Shown piece by piece: positions 26,665 through 36,352 of a DNA stretch of 64,000 bases. Below the pieces are notes generated by a model. That model saw nothing but the letters and a program-made list of their open reading frames with translations, did not search any database and had not been told where the DNA came from. The position numbers and the translations under genes are program-made. Each line of letters begins with the position of its first letter. Position 1 is the stretch's first letter. Origin of the DNA: Armatimonadetes bacterium DC (GTDB lineage: Bacteria > Armatimonadota > Fimbriimonadia > Fimbriimonadales > GBS-DC); assembly GCA_001442985.1 (NCBI GenBank), contig LDYB01000015.1, positions 1,266 to 65,265 of the forward strand, in the 5' to 3' direction.

Positions 26665-29502
26665 ATGCTACAGTGGCGAGCGCGCTGGATCTGGTCGCAG
26701 GGCGAGCCTGCGCCGCGCAACTTCTACTGGTGTGTGCGTAAGGAGTTTGAACTCCCGCGAGGCTTTCGCAAGGTACAGATTGCCATCAGCGCCGACACGC
26801 GCTATCTGCTATGGTTCAACGGGCGGTTTATTGGGCACGGTCCCGTGCGTGCGTTTCACGGGCACTGGTATTATGACCTGCACGATGTTACCGAGCATGC
26901 CCATGCGGGCTTGAACGCGATAGCGGTGCTGGTGCATCACTATGGGGTGGGCACTTTTCAGTATGATTTCGTGCGTGGGAGGGGACGTGGGGGGCTGATT
27001 GCGCAGGTGGATTGCGACGGCAAAACGGTGGCGGCGAGCGATTCCTCGTGGCTGAATGTGCCCCATCCTGCATTTGAGCGCAGGACCGTGCGGATGTCGT
27101 GCCAGCTGGGGTTTGATGAGCATTACGATGCCCGGCGCTCGCTGGGCGACTGGACGATGCCCCGCTTTGACGACTACGAGTGGAACGAGGCGGTGGAAAT
27201 CGGCGAGGCAGGATGCCCCCCGTGGGGAGAGCTGCAGCCGCGCCCCATCCCATTCCTGACGCTGGAGCCCGTTTATCCCCAGCGGATTCTCCGCGCGCGC
27301 GTGGTGCGACCGCCCCAGAGCGCGTGGGCGTTTGACCTCAAGCCCCTGCTGGCAGAAGGCGACCTGACGGCGAACCCGCGCACACTGGTGGGCATGATTG
27401 CGACCGTCCTCCGCGCCGAGACGCCTGCGACCGTGCGCCTCTGGAGCGTGCATCACGGCTTGCGTCCCAACGATGTGCGCCTGAATGGGCAACCGATTCC
27501 TGTAGAAGGGGGGCGCGCTACTTTCACCCTCACGCCAGGCGAACACCTGCTCACCCTCAATGTGTCGCGCTGGTATCACGACTGGTATTACTATCCCGTG
27601 CTGGACTGGGACGACGGCGCGAAGCTCCAGCTCGTCAACCCCCTGATGGAGCGAGCGGACTACCCGTGGGTAGTGCTGGGTCCCTTTGAGAGCGAGCAGG
27701 ACCCGGAGTTTCAGTCGCTCTGGAGCGCCACAACCCCTGATGCCCTGCACCGGCACAGGGCAGTTCAGGCGGTAGACCCCTTCTACAGCGCTCAGGCGAA
27801 TGTGTTTGGCTTGACCACGCTCGCCACACCCTTGCCTGAGACGCCCCGTATAGAAGACTCTTTTGCGGGCATTCGGGGCGTGGACGATGCGACGGTCATC
27901 CATCCCCCCGAAACAGGGGATGTGGAGCTGTGGCTTGACTTCGGGCGCGAAGTGGTTGGCTTTGTGGAGCTGGAGCTGGAAGCGCCCGAGGGCACGGTGT
28001 TCGACTTCAACGGCTTTGAATATTTAGACCCCACGAATCCTGACCGCGTGCAGTGGACGAACGGGCTGAACAACACTTTTCGGTATGTGGCGCGGCGGGG
28101 CTGGCAGTGGTTCCGCTCCACCGTGCGGCGCGGGTTCCGCTATGCCACGCTCACCATTCGCTTTCCTGAAGGCGCGAGAGACCCCGTGCTGTTGCGTGCC
28201 GTCCACTGCGTGATGAATGTGTACCCCTACGAGTCGCGAGGCGCGTTTGAATGCTCCGATCCGCTGCTGAACCGAATCTACGAGATTTCGCGCGAGACGG
28301 TGCGGCTCTGCTCCGAAGACACTTTTGTGGACTGCCCGACCTACGAGCAGACCTTCTGGGTGGGCGATTCGCGCAATGAGGCGCTCTTTGCCTATGCAGG
28401 GTTTGGCGAGTACGCGCTGGCGCGCCGATGCCTGCTGCTGGCAGCGCAGTCGCTGGAGCGGTCGCCCCTTGTGGAGAGCCAGGTGCCCAGCGCGTGGGAA
28501 AACATTCTCACGGCATGGGCGCTGTTGTGGGCTATCGCCTGCCATGAGCATTATCTGTTCACGGGCGACCGCGCCTTCGTGGAGGCGATTTTCCCCGCCA
28601 TCCGCCAGCAAAACGAGAACCTGCACACGCGCTACATCAACAGCGCCGGCTTGCTGGAGATTCGCGCGTGGAACATGCTGGACTGGGCAGATATGGACAC
28701 CCCCAGCGAGGGCGTGGTGAGTCATCAGAACATGTGGCTGGTGAAGGTCTGGGAGGATACGGCGAAGCTGGCGGAGGTGGTGGGCGAAACCCTGCTGGCG
28801 CAAGCGTGGCGTCAGTGGGCGCAGGAGCTGCGTCAGGCGATTAATCGGCACCTCTGGGTGGAGTCGCAGCGTGCTTATACCGACTGCCTGCGCCCCGATG
28901 GGCAACCCAGCCCCGTGTTCAGCCAGCAGACCCAGATTGTCGCCTACCTGTGCGACATCCCCACCCCAGAGCGCAAGCCAATTATTGAGGGCTACCTCCA
29001 TCAGGCTCCCGACCACTTTGTGAAGATAGGTAGCCCCTTTATGATGGCGTTCCTGCTGGAGTCGCTGATTCGGGCGGGGCATCGGCGCGAGGCGGTGGCG
29101 CGGATGCGCGACGCCTGGGGGATGATGGTGGAGATGGGCGCCGTTACATGCTGGGAGGTATTCCCCCGCACGCGCCCCCGAACGCCCCTGCAGGCGCATG
29201 AAGTCGGCTGGTTCACCCGAAGCCACTGCCATGCGTGGAGCGCCGCGCCCGTGTATGCCCTCCCCGCATGCCTGCTGGGCATCGAGCCGCTGGAACCGGG
29301 CTTCTCGCGATTCCGACTGGCGCCCGACCTCTGCGGACTGGAATGGGCATATGGGGCGTTCCCCACCCCGCATGGAATAATCACTTATGCGATGGAGCAG
29401 CGTGATGCGCGACTCTATCTCAAACTCACTATCCCTGAGGGCACGCGCGCCATTATCGGCGACACCGAGTATGCCGCAGGGGCACACGAACTTTTGCTAT
29501 AA
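26665..29502 (+). CDS. Alpha-L-rhamnosidase-like glycoside hydrolase (GH78)
   Basis: ISADTRYLLWFNG..IGHGP, LDFGREVVG, GFRYA, FECSDPLLNRI, DCPTYEQTFWVGD, TCWE, SHCHAWSAAP. Confidence 0.88.
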   Translation: MLQWRARWIWSQGEPAPRNFYWCVRKEFELPRGFRKVQIAISADTRYLLWFNGRFIGHGPVRAFHGHWYYDLHDVTEHAHAGLNAIAVLVHHYGVGTFQYDFVRGRGRGGLIAQVDCDGKTVAASDSSWLNVPHPAFERRTVRMSCQLGFDEHYDARRSLGDWTMPRFDDYEWNEAVEIGEAGCPPWGELQPRPIPFLTLEPVYPQRILRARVVRPPQSAWAFDLKPLLAEGDLTANPRTLVGMIATVLRAETPATVRLWSVHHGLRPNDVRLNGQPIPVEGGRATFTLTPGEHLLTLNVSRWYHDWYYYPVLDWDDGAKLQLVNPLMERADYPWVVLGPFESEQDPEFQSLWSATTPDALHRHRAVQAVDPFYSAQANVFGLTTLATPLPETPRIEDSFAGIRGVDDATVIHPPETGDVELWLDFGREVVGFVELELEAPEGTVFDFNGFEYLDPTNPDRVQWTNGLNNTFRYVARRGWQWFRSTVRRGFRYATLTIRFPEGARDPVLLRAVHCVMNVYPYESRGAFECSDPLLNRIYEISRETVRLCSEDTFVDCPTYEQTFWVGDSRNEALFAYAGFGEYALARRCLLLAAQSLERSPLVESQVPSAWENILTAWALLWAIACHEHYLFTGDRAFVEAIFPAIRQQNENLHTRYINSAGLLEIRAWNMLDWADMDTPSEGVVSHQNMWLVKVWEDTAKLAEVVGETLLAQAWRQWAQELRQAINRHLWVESQRAYTDCLRPDGQPSPVFSQQTQIVAYLCDIPTPERKPIIEGYLHQAPDHFVKIGSPFMMAFLLESLIRAGHRREAVARMRDAWGMMVEMGAVTCWEVFPRTRPRTPLQAHEVGWFTRSHCHAWSAAPVYALPACLLGIEPLEPGFSRFRLAPDLCGLEWAYGAFPTPHGIITYAMEQRDARLYLKLTIPEGTRAIIGDTEYAAGAHELLL

Positions 29503-29514
29503 GGAACCTTCGCG

Positions 29515-30453
29515 ATGTTTTGGCGTCCAAAACAACAGAGAGGTGAAAGGTCTGTGATGGCTATGCGCCTTGTTGCGGTGCAGATGCGTATCGAGACGCA
29601 CGACTATCGCTCGGTCGAGGCGTTTCGTGAGCGCGTGTTTGGGGTGATGCGTGCTATCCGCCAGCGCGTGCCGAAAGACCCCGTGCTGGTGGTGTTCCCC
29701 GAAGATGTAGGGTTAGGGCTGGTGTTCACGCAGGACTACGAGCGCGTGCGCACCAGCAAAACGATGGTGGAGGCAGGCTTCCGCCTGATGGAGAAGTACC
29801 GTCCCCAGCCCCCCGATTCGGAGGAGACGGTCTCGTTCCCGATGATGGTGCGCCGTCTGCTCATTACACTCAGTCCCTTTGTGGAGCGGGTGTATCATCA
29901 AGTGTTTTCGGAGGCGGCGAAGCAGTTCCAGGCGTGGGTGGTGGGGGGTAGCGCGCCGATTGCACAGGGGGAATGTGTGTATAATGTGTGCTATACCTAC
30001 AACCCTGCCGGGGAGCGCGTGTTAATTCAGCGTAAAATCAACCTGGTGCCGCTGGAGCAGGAGCTGGGTTTGAATTTATGCTCTGCACCGCGTGAACTGC
30101 CTGTAGTCGAGACGCCTGCAGGCAAGCTGGGCGTGCTAATCTGTCTGGACGGCTTTCAGCACGACCTGCTGGCACAGTTAGTGCGTCAGGGTGCAAGACT
30201 GGTGGCGATGCCCTCGTTCAACCCGCTCCCCTGGACGCCAGAGCAGGCGCAGGGCTGGGAAGCAGGGCTATGGGAAGGGGTGCAGAAACATCGGGGGGTG
30301 ATTGGCATCAACCCGATGGGCGTGGGGCAGTTGTTCGATGTGATGGCGGAGGGGCGCTCCTCCATCGTGGCGCACAAGAGCGAAACGCCCGATAAAAGCG
30401 GCTATCTCTGTCGCGCCCAGACCAAGGATCAAGAGGAGATTCTGGTCTGGTGA
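29515..30453 (+). CDS. Carbon-nitrogen hydrolase (nitrilase superfamily)
   Basis: E-K-C triad in VFPED, QRKINL, LICLDG; start may be a downstream ATG. Confidence 0.85.
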   Translation: MFWRPKQQRGERSVMAMRLVAVQMRIETHDYRSVEAFRERVFGVMRAIRQRVPKDPVLVVFPEDVGLGLVFTQDYERVRTSKTMVEAGFRLMEKYRPQPPDSEETVSFPMMVRRLLITLSPFVERVYHQVFSEAAKQFQAWVVGGSAPIAQGECVYNVCYTYNPAGERVLIQRKINLVPLEQELGLNLCSAPRELPVVETPAGKLGVLICLDGFQHDLLAQLVRQGARLVAMPSFNPLPWTPEQAQGWEAGLWEGVQKHRGVIGINPMGVGQLFDVMAEGRSSIVAHKSETPDKSGYLCRAQTKDQEEILVW

Positions 30454-30467
30454 AATGGGGCAACCCC

Positions 30468-30497
30468 TTGACAGGCGGGCGTTCGGTTGGGTATACT
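30468..30497 (+). promoter_or_regulatory. sigma70-type promoter of the tRNA pair
   Basis: TTGACA 30468-30473, 18 bp, TATACT 30492-30497. Confidence 0.8.
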
Positions 30498-30509
30498 ATA
30501 GGTGTTCGT

Positions 30510-30596
30510 GCGGGCGTGGTGGAATTGGTAGACACGCTAGATTCAGGTTCTAGTGGGCGAAAGCCCGTGGGGGTTCGAGTCCCTCCGCCCGCACCA
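30510..30596 (+). tRNA. tRNA-Leu (CAG)
   Basis: 87 nt; acceptor GCGGGCG/CGCCCGC, anticodon arm CTAGA-TTCAGGT-TCTAG, long variable arm, GTTCGAG, encoded CCA. Confidence 0.96.
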
Positions 30597-30600
30597 GGAA

Positions 30601-30677
30601 GGCGGCGTAGCTCAGTTGGTGAGAGCGACCGGCTCATACCCGGTAGGTCGGCGGTTCGAGTCCGCCCGCCGCTACCA
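30601..30677 (+). tRNA. tRNA-Met (CAT), elongator type
   Basis: 77 nt; D-arm GCTC/GAGC, anticodon arm ACCGG-CTCATAC-CCGGT, G1-U72 pair, encoded CCA; no initiator features (Ile2 identity not fully excluded). Confidence 0.93.
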
Positions 30678-30825
30678 GCTCTTCTCTGAACGCGCTCGCT
30701 GCTGTTCGCTCCCTTCTTAGCGCGCCCTCCCGGCGGGTCAAAAATTGCCCTTTACACCCTGCCCATCGGCAGGAGATGGGCAGGCGGGCGCGAATTGGGA
30801 GGGTACAGGAGGAGGATAGCAAACG

Positions 30826-32118
30826 ATGACATGGCGCAAATGGCTCTTATGGCTGATAGCGGTTGCGATAATAATGACGCTGAGCGCCTGCACCAGCCGT
30901 TCTGGCGGCTCTGCTGGAGGCGCAGCAGGTGGTTCAGGAACGGTGAATCCCTCTGCGCGGCTGGCAAAACGCAACGCCGCGAAGGTGGAGCAGTCCGCGC
31001 CCGAACCCGACCAGGATCGAATCGTGATCGGCGTCTATGCCGACCTCACGGGCGATAACTCCACCTTCGGGGAGGAGACCCGCAATGGCGTCACGCTGGC
31101 AGTGGAAGAGGTCAATCGCGCGGGCGGCGTGCTGGGCAAGCAAGTGGTGGTTCGGTTCGAAGACACCCGCTCCGACCCCCAGCAGGCGCGCAATGTGGTC
31201 ACCAAGCTCATCCAGCAGGAGCGCGTGTTAGCCGTTATTGGCGAGGTCGCCAGCACCATGAGCCTGGCAGGCGGACCCATCTGCCAGCAGTACGGCGTGC
31301 CGATGATCTCGCCCTCATCCACCAACCCCGCCGTAACCGATCAGGGCAACTACATCTTCCGCGTGTGCTTCACCGACCCGTTTCAGAGCTATGTGATGGC
31401 GAAGTTCCTTGCCGAGCATCTGAAGGTCAAGCGGGTCGCCATTCTGTATGACAACTCCAGCGACTACAGCAAGGGGCTGGCAGAGTTCTTCCAGGAGAGC
31501 TTCCGCAAGATGGGCGGCGAGATCACCGATGTGCTGAGCTACAAGCCGCAGGACACCGACTTCCGCTCGCAATTGACCACCATTCGGGCAAAGAACCCCG
31601 ACGCCATCTATATTCCGGGCTATTACAAGTCGGTGGGGCTGATTGCGCGTCAGGCGCGGGAACTGGGCATTAAGGTGCCGCTGGCGGGGGGTGACGGCTG
31701 GAGTTCGCCGAAGCTGGTGGAAGGCGCAGGCGGTCCCGGCAAAGCCATCGAAGGCTGCTACTTCAGCGACCATTATGCACCCGATGACCCCGCACCACAG
31801 ATTCAGGAGTTTGTGAAGAAGTATCGCCAGCGGTTCGGGCAGACACCGGGCGGGCTGGCGGCGCTGGCGTATGACGCCGCGCGGGTGCTGTTCGCCGCCA
31901 TCGAAAAAGCGGGCAAACTCGATCGTGCCGCCATCCGCAACGCGATTGCCAATACCAGAAACTTCCCTGGCGTCACGGGCGTGATCACCATCAACGAGTT
32001 TGGCGATGCGGACAAGTCGGCGGTCGTGCTGCAGGTGAGAGGCAACCGATTCGTGTTCGTCACGCGCATCACGCCTGAAACCGCCACCACCGCTGCGAGC
32101 GCACGACAGGTAAAATAG
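30826..32118 (+). CDS. livK: Branched-chain amino acid ABC transporter substrate-binding lipoprotein
   Basis: Lipobox LSAC; IGVYADLTG, ISPSSTNP..T, FRVCFTD..Q, GDGW, ALAYDA, FPGVTG.I. Confidence 0.92.
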   Translation: MTWRKWLLWLIAVAIIMTLSACTSRSGGSAGGAAGGSGTVNPSARLAKRNAAKVEQSAPEPDQDRIVIGVYADLTGDNSTFGEETRNGVTLAVEEVNRAGGVLGKQVVVRFEDTRSDPQQARNVVTKLIQQERVLAVIGEVASTMSLAGGPICQQYGVPMISPSSTNPAVTDQGNYIFRVCFTDPFQSYVMAKFLAEHLKVKRVAILYDNSSDYSKGLAEFFQESFRKMGGEITDVLSYKPQDTDFRSQLTTIRAKNPDAIYIPGYYKSVGLIARQARELGIKVPLAGGDGWSSPKLVEGAGGPGKAIEGCYFSDHYAPDDPAPQIQEFVKKYRQRFGQTPGGLAALAYDAARVLFAAIEKAGKLDRAAIRNAIANTRNFPGVTGVITINEFGDADKSAVVLQVRGNRFVFVTRITPETATTAASARQVK

Positions 32119-32133
32119 AAGCTTGGCTATACG

Positions 32134-33045
32134 ATGGAACTGTCGACGATTGCACAGCAGCTGGTGAACGGCATTCAGAGCGGTGCGATCTATGCGCTGA
32201 TTGCCGTCGGCTACACGATGGTCTACGGCATTCTGCGCATGATCAATTTTGCGCACGGCGAGGTTTACATGGTGGGCGCGCTGGTCGCCTGGCTGGGCAC
32301 CTCGCGCGACTGGTACGGCGTGGTGTCGCACTCCAGCACGGGCGGGCTGGTGCTGCTGATTGCGACGGCGATGCTGGTTTGCATGACGCTGGGCGTGCTG
32401 ATCGAACGCCTGGCTTACCGCCCTCTGCGCCATGCGCCGCGCCTGATCGTGCTGATCACCGCGATAGGGATGTCGTTCCTGCTGCAGAACCTCGCACTGA
32501 TTTTATTTGGCGCCGACCCCAAGACGGTGCCACTCACCTGGCGCACGGTACAGCTGGGGGGCATCAGCGTCAGTTTGGGGCAGCTGGTGCTGTTGATTGC
32601 TTCGCTCTCGTTTATGGCGGGTCTGCAGCTGCTGGTGAAGCGCACGCAGTTCGGGCGGGCGATGCGCGCGGTGTCGGAAGATTTTCAGGCGGCGGCGCTG
32701 ATGGGCGTGCCGTACGATCGGGTGATTGTCGGCACCTTTGCAATTGGGGCGGCGCTGGCGGGCGCAGGCGGCGCGATGACCGCCATCTTCGTCGGCGCGC
32801 CCGTCACGCCCACCTTCGGCTTTATGCCAGGCGTGAAAGCGTTCGTGTCGGCGGTGCTGGGCGGCATTGGGAACATTCCGGGCGCGGTGCTGGGCGGGCT
32901 TCTGCTGGGCGTGATTGAGGCACTGGTGGGTGGTCATCCGACCCTCAGCCCGTTCCGTGATGCCATCGCCTTCTGCTTGCTGATCGCAGTGCTGCTGTTC
33001 CGACCTGCAGGACTATTGGGACGCGCGGTTCAGGAGAAGGTGTGA
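32134..33045 (+). CDS. livH: Branched-chain amino acid ABC transporter permease
   Basis: GAIYALIAVGYTMVYGILRMINFAHGE, GRAMRAVSED, KAFVSAVLGGIGNIPGA. Confidence 0.95.
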   Translation: MELSTIAQQLVNGIQSGAIYALIAVGYTMVYGILRMINFAHGEVYMVGALVAWLGTSRDWYGVVSHSSTGGLVLLIATAMLVCMTLGVLIERLAYRPLRHAPRLIVLITAIGMSFLLQNLALILFGADPKTVPLTWRTVQLGGISVSLGQLVLLIASLSFMAGLQLLVKRTQFGRAMRAVSEDFQAAALMGVPYDRVIVGTFAIGAALAGAGGAMTAIFVGAPVTPTFGFMPGVKAFVSAVLGGIGNIPGAVLGGLLLGVIEALVGGHPTLSPFRDAIAFCLLIAVLLFRPAGLLGRAVQEKV

Positions 33046-33046
33046 G

Positions 33047-34162
33047 ATGGTGCGACAGATTTTCTGGTGTGGGGTTGCGATTGCCATCTGCTGGGCGCTG
33101 GATCGCTTGCTGCAGGCGGCGGTCTACGGGCAATGGTTTGGCTGGCTCACCGATTACACCTATCGCGCGTTTATTCTGGTGCCGTTGCTGTTCATCACGC
33201 TGGCGGTGAGCCTCAACTTGATTAATGGTATTACGGGTCAGTTCTCGCTGGGGCACGCGGGCTTTTTTGCGGTGGGCGCCTATCTTTCGGCGGGCTTCTC
33301 GGTTTATTTTGCATCGGGCTGGCTGGCGCAGGTGCCGCCCGCGTGGCAGGGTGTGGCGCAGTTCGGCTTGTTGCTGATGGCGGCGCTGATTGGTGCGGGC
33401 GCGGCGGCGTTGTTCGGCTTAATCGTGGGCATCCCGACATTGCGCCTGCGTGGGGACTATCTGGCGATTGCCACGCTCGGCTTCGGCGAGATTGTGCGCG
33501 TGCTGTTTGAGAACCTCGATCTGTTTGGCGCTCAGCGCGGCTTCACGGGCATCCCGACATGGGTGGGCTTCGGATTTTTCTGGTACGCGCTGCTGGCGAT
33601 GGGCTGTATCGCCGTCTCGCGCAACCTGCTCAAAAGCACGCACGGGCTGGCATTTCTCTCAGTACGCGAGGATGAGACCGCTGCCGAAGTGATGGGTGTA
33701 CCCACCACCTACTACAAAGTTGCCGCCTTTGTGATTGGTGCGATGTTTGCGGGCGCGGCGGGTGCGCTGCTGGCTCATCGCGAAGGCTCCATCTATCCCG
33801 TCGATTTCAAGCTGGACATCTCAATTGTTGTGGTGACGATGGTGGTGCTGGGTGGTCAGGGTAGCATCACAGGTTCGGTGCTGGCGGGCGCGGGGCTGAA
33901 GATGCTGGAGGAGCTGTTGCGCCTGCTGCCCGTGGTCACGCTGTTCGGGCGCGAGTTCCAGCCGAGCGATTTCCGCATGCTGGCGTTCGCGCTGGTGCTC
34001 ATCCTCATGATGATTTTCCGTCCGCAGGGGCTGCTGGGTCATCGGGAGCTGAGCTGGGCGACCCTGCGCCGCTGGTTGTCGCGCTCGCCGAAGCGGGCAA
34101 GCGTGCCGCCCGCTGAAACCCCATCGCTCAGCAGCGAAGGGGAACAGATGAGACAGCCATGA
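33047..34162 (+). CDS. livM: Branched-chain amino acid ABC transporter permease
   Basis: GITGQFSLGHAGFFAVGAY, LRLRGDYLAIATLGFGEI, VLGGQGSITG, FRPQGLLG. Confidence 0.95.
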   Translation: MVRQIFWCGVAIAICWALDRLLQAAVYGQWFGWLTDYTYRAFILVPLLFITLAVSLNLINGITGQFSLGHAGFFAVGAYLSAGFSVYFASGWLAQVPPAWQGVAQFGLLLMAALIGAGAAALFGLIVGIPTLRLRGDYLAIATLGFGEIVRVLFENLDLFGAQRGFTGIPTWVGFGFFWYALLAMGCIAVSRNLLKSTHGLAFLSVREDETAAEVMGVPTTYYKVAAFVIGAMFAGAAGALLAHREGSIYPVDFKLDISIVVVTMVVLGGQGSITGSVLAGAGLKMLEELLRLLPVVTLFGREFQPSDFRMLAFALVLILMMIFRPQGLLGHRELSWATLRRWLSRSPKRASVPPAETPSLSSEGEQMRQP

Positions 34163-34929
34163 AGACGCCGCTACTCCAGCTGCAACAGGTGACGATGCGT
34201 TTCGGAGGGCTGATCGCCGTGCGCAGCCTCTCGCTCGAAGTGGATGCGGGCGAGCTGGTGGGGCTAATCGGTCCCAACGGCGCGGGCAAGACCACCGTGT
34301 TCAATGTGATCACAGGAATCTATCGCCCGACGGAGGGCGACATCCGTTTTCAGGGTCGCTCGCTGGTGGGGCTGAAACCGCATCAGATCACGCGGCTGGG
34401 CATCGCCCGCACCTTCCAGAACATTCGGCTCTTTCGCGGGCTGACCGTGCTGGAGAATGTGCGTATCGGCGCGTTCGTGCGCCATCGCACGCGCCTGTGG
34501 CAGGCGGCATTACGCTTTAAAGCGGTGGAAAAAGAGGACGCCGAGCTGGAGGCACGCGCCCGCCACTGGCTGGAGGTGCTGGAGCTGAGCGCGGTCGCCG
34601 ATGTGCGTGCCTCCGCCCTGCCCTACGGACTGCAGCGCCGCGTGGAAATCGCCCGCGCACTCGCCACCCACCCCCAGCTGATTCTGCTGGACGAACCCGC
34701 CGCGGGCATGAACCCGAACGAGAGCGAGGAGCTGATGCACCTTATCCGTCGCCTGCGCGACGAGTTCGGCGTCACCATCCTGTTGATCGAACACGATATG
34801 CGCGTGGTGATGGGCGTCTGCGAGCGCGTGCTGGTGCTGGACTACGGCGAACTGATTGCCGAGGGTCCGCCCGAAGCGATTCGCAACGACCCGCGCGTGA
34901 TTGAAGCCTATCTGGGGGAACCGGTATGA
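34159..34929 (+). CDS. livG: Branched-chain amino acid ABC transporter ATPase
   Basis: GLIGPNGAGKTT, ARTFQNIRLF, LPYG.QRRVEIARAL, LLDEPAAG, VIEAYLG. Confidence 0.96.
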   Translation: MKTPLLQLQQVTMRFGGLIAVRSLSLEVDAGELVGLIGPNGAGKTTVFNVITGIYRPTEGDIRFQGRSLVGLKPHQITRLGIARTFQNIRLFRGLTVLENVRIGAFVRHRTRLWQAALRFKAVEKEDAELEARARHWLEVLELSAVADVRASALPYGLQRRVEIARALATHPQLILLDEPAAGMNPNESEELMHLIRRLRDEFGVTILLIEHDMRVVMGVCERVLVLDYGELIAEGPPEAIRNDPRVIEAYLGEPV

Positions 34930-35639
34930 GCGAGACGATTCTGGAGGTGCGCGACCTGCATGTGGCGTACGGGGCGATTCAGGCGTTGAAGGGCGTGTCG
35001 CTCACCGTTCAGCGCGGCGAGATCACCACGATTATCGGGGCGAACGGCGCGGGCAAAAGCACGCTGCTGCGGGCAATCTCCGCGCTGGTGCGCCCGACGC
35101 GGGGCGTAATCCGCTACGAAACCAGCGACATCACGCGCCTGCCGCCGCACCGCATCGTGCAGATGGGCATCATCCATGTGCCGGAGGGGCGGCGCATCTT
35201 CGCCGAGATGAGCGTGTACGAGAATCTGCTGCTGGGCGCGTACAGCCAGTGGGGTCGCGACCTGGATGAGCGACTGGAGCGCGTGTTCGCCATCTTCCCG
35301 CGCCTCAAGGAGCGGCTCAATCAGCGGGCGGGCACGCTTTCAGGCGGCGAGCAGCAGATGCTGGCGATTGGACGCGCCTTAATGGCGCGACCCCGCCTGC
35401 TGATGCTGGATGAACCCTCGCTGGGGCTGGCGCCCTTCCTCGTGCGCGAAATCTTTCAGATTATCCGCCAGATCAACCAGCAGGGCGTGCCGATCCTGCT
35501 GGTGGAGCAGAACGCGCACATGGCGCTGGAGATTGCCCATCGGGGCTATGTGCTGGAGACGGGGCGCATGGTGCTGACCGACACGGCGGCGAACCTGCTG
35601 CGCAACCCCGCCGTGCGCGAAGCCTACCTCGGCGGCTGA
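34926..35639 (+). CDS. livF: Branched-chain amino acid ABC transporter ATPase
   Basis: GANGAGKSTL, VPEGRRIF, AGTLSGGEQQMLAIGRALM, LDEPSLGLAP, VREAYLG. Confidence 0.96.
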   Translation: MSETILEVRDLHVAYGAIQALKGVSLTVQRGEITTIIGANGAGKSTLLRAISALVRPTRGVIRYETSDITRLPPHRIVQMGIIHVPEGRRIFAEMSVYENLLLGAYSQWGRDLDERLERVFAIFPRLKERLNQRAGTLSGGEQQMLAIGRALMARPRLLMLDEPSLGLAPFLVREIFQIIRQINQQGVPILLVEQNAHMALEIAHRGYVLETGRMVLTDTAANLLRNPAVREAYLGG

Positions 35640-35644
35640 CGCGC

Positions 35645-36000
35645 TCACCCAACCTTGCCAAACACCGCGCCATAGCCCTGAATCTGCTCCGGCAAAGGGC
35701 GTTCTGTGTTCAGGGCAATCACTTCATAGCCCTGCTGACGCAATTGCTCACGAATTGCCCGATCGCGCTGCTGCACTTCTGGGTCGGCGTGTACTGCCCC
35801 ATCACAAAACACGCAGGTGCGCGGCGCGTAGAAAAAGTCCACCACACAATCAGGCGATTCAATCCGATATTGCGCCGCGTCGGGCAACCGCAGCTGGTGG
35901 TTTGCCAGAGTTTCCAGAAACGCACGCTCTAAGTCAGAGCGCGGGTCTACCTGCTGCTGGAGCCACGCCAGCTGTTCGTGCCAGTCGCGTTCCCCATAGC
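35645..36000 (-). pseudogene. Isolated C-terminal DUF559/Vsr-like nuclease domain fragment
   Basis: ..VDPRSDLERAFLETLANHQLRLPDAAQY..VVDFFY..CVFCDGAVHADP..QRDRAIREQLRQQGYEVI; no convincing start/RBS; 5' boundary approximate. Confidence 0.55.
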
Positions 36001-36278
36001 AGGCAGGAATCGCGTGCGGTAGGTGGTATAATGAAAGCGCCAGCGCGGTGCGTGGACACCCGCTGGCGTGGCGTATCGCGGTGGTGGCGCGACACGCAGG
36101 GAGAGTATACCTCAGAGCGCCTCTGAATCCTGCTGAAGTGCCCCCCAGCGATATGCCCTGAAAAATCGGGGAGCCTGACCCCTGAACAACAGGCAGGAGC
36201 GTCGGGGTGTTTCAGACCCACCGGGCAGGAATGGGCAATTTGGGGTATAATCGAACTCGGAGTCGGGTACAATTGAGC

Positions 36279-36341
36279 GTTGGTGAGAGCGACCGGCTCA
36301 TACCCGGTAGGTCGGCGGTTCAAGTCCGCCCGCCGCTACCA
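36279..36341 (+). repeat. 63-bp direct repeat of the 3' part of tRNA-Met (att-like remnant / tRNA pseudogene)
   Basis: Matches 30615-30677 with one mismatch (TTCAAG vs TTCGAG), including CCA; the 5' acceptor and D-stem strand are absent. Confidence 0.9.
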
Positions 36342-36352
36342 GCATAAATATT

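Noticed and set aside
36259-36341. Second functional tRNA-Met
   Set aside because: The 5' acceptor strand has two mismatches and extra bases, and the GCTC D-stem strand is missing.
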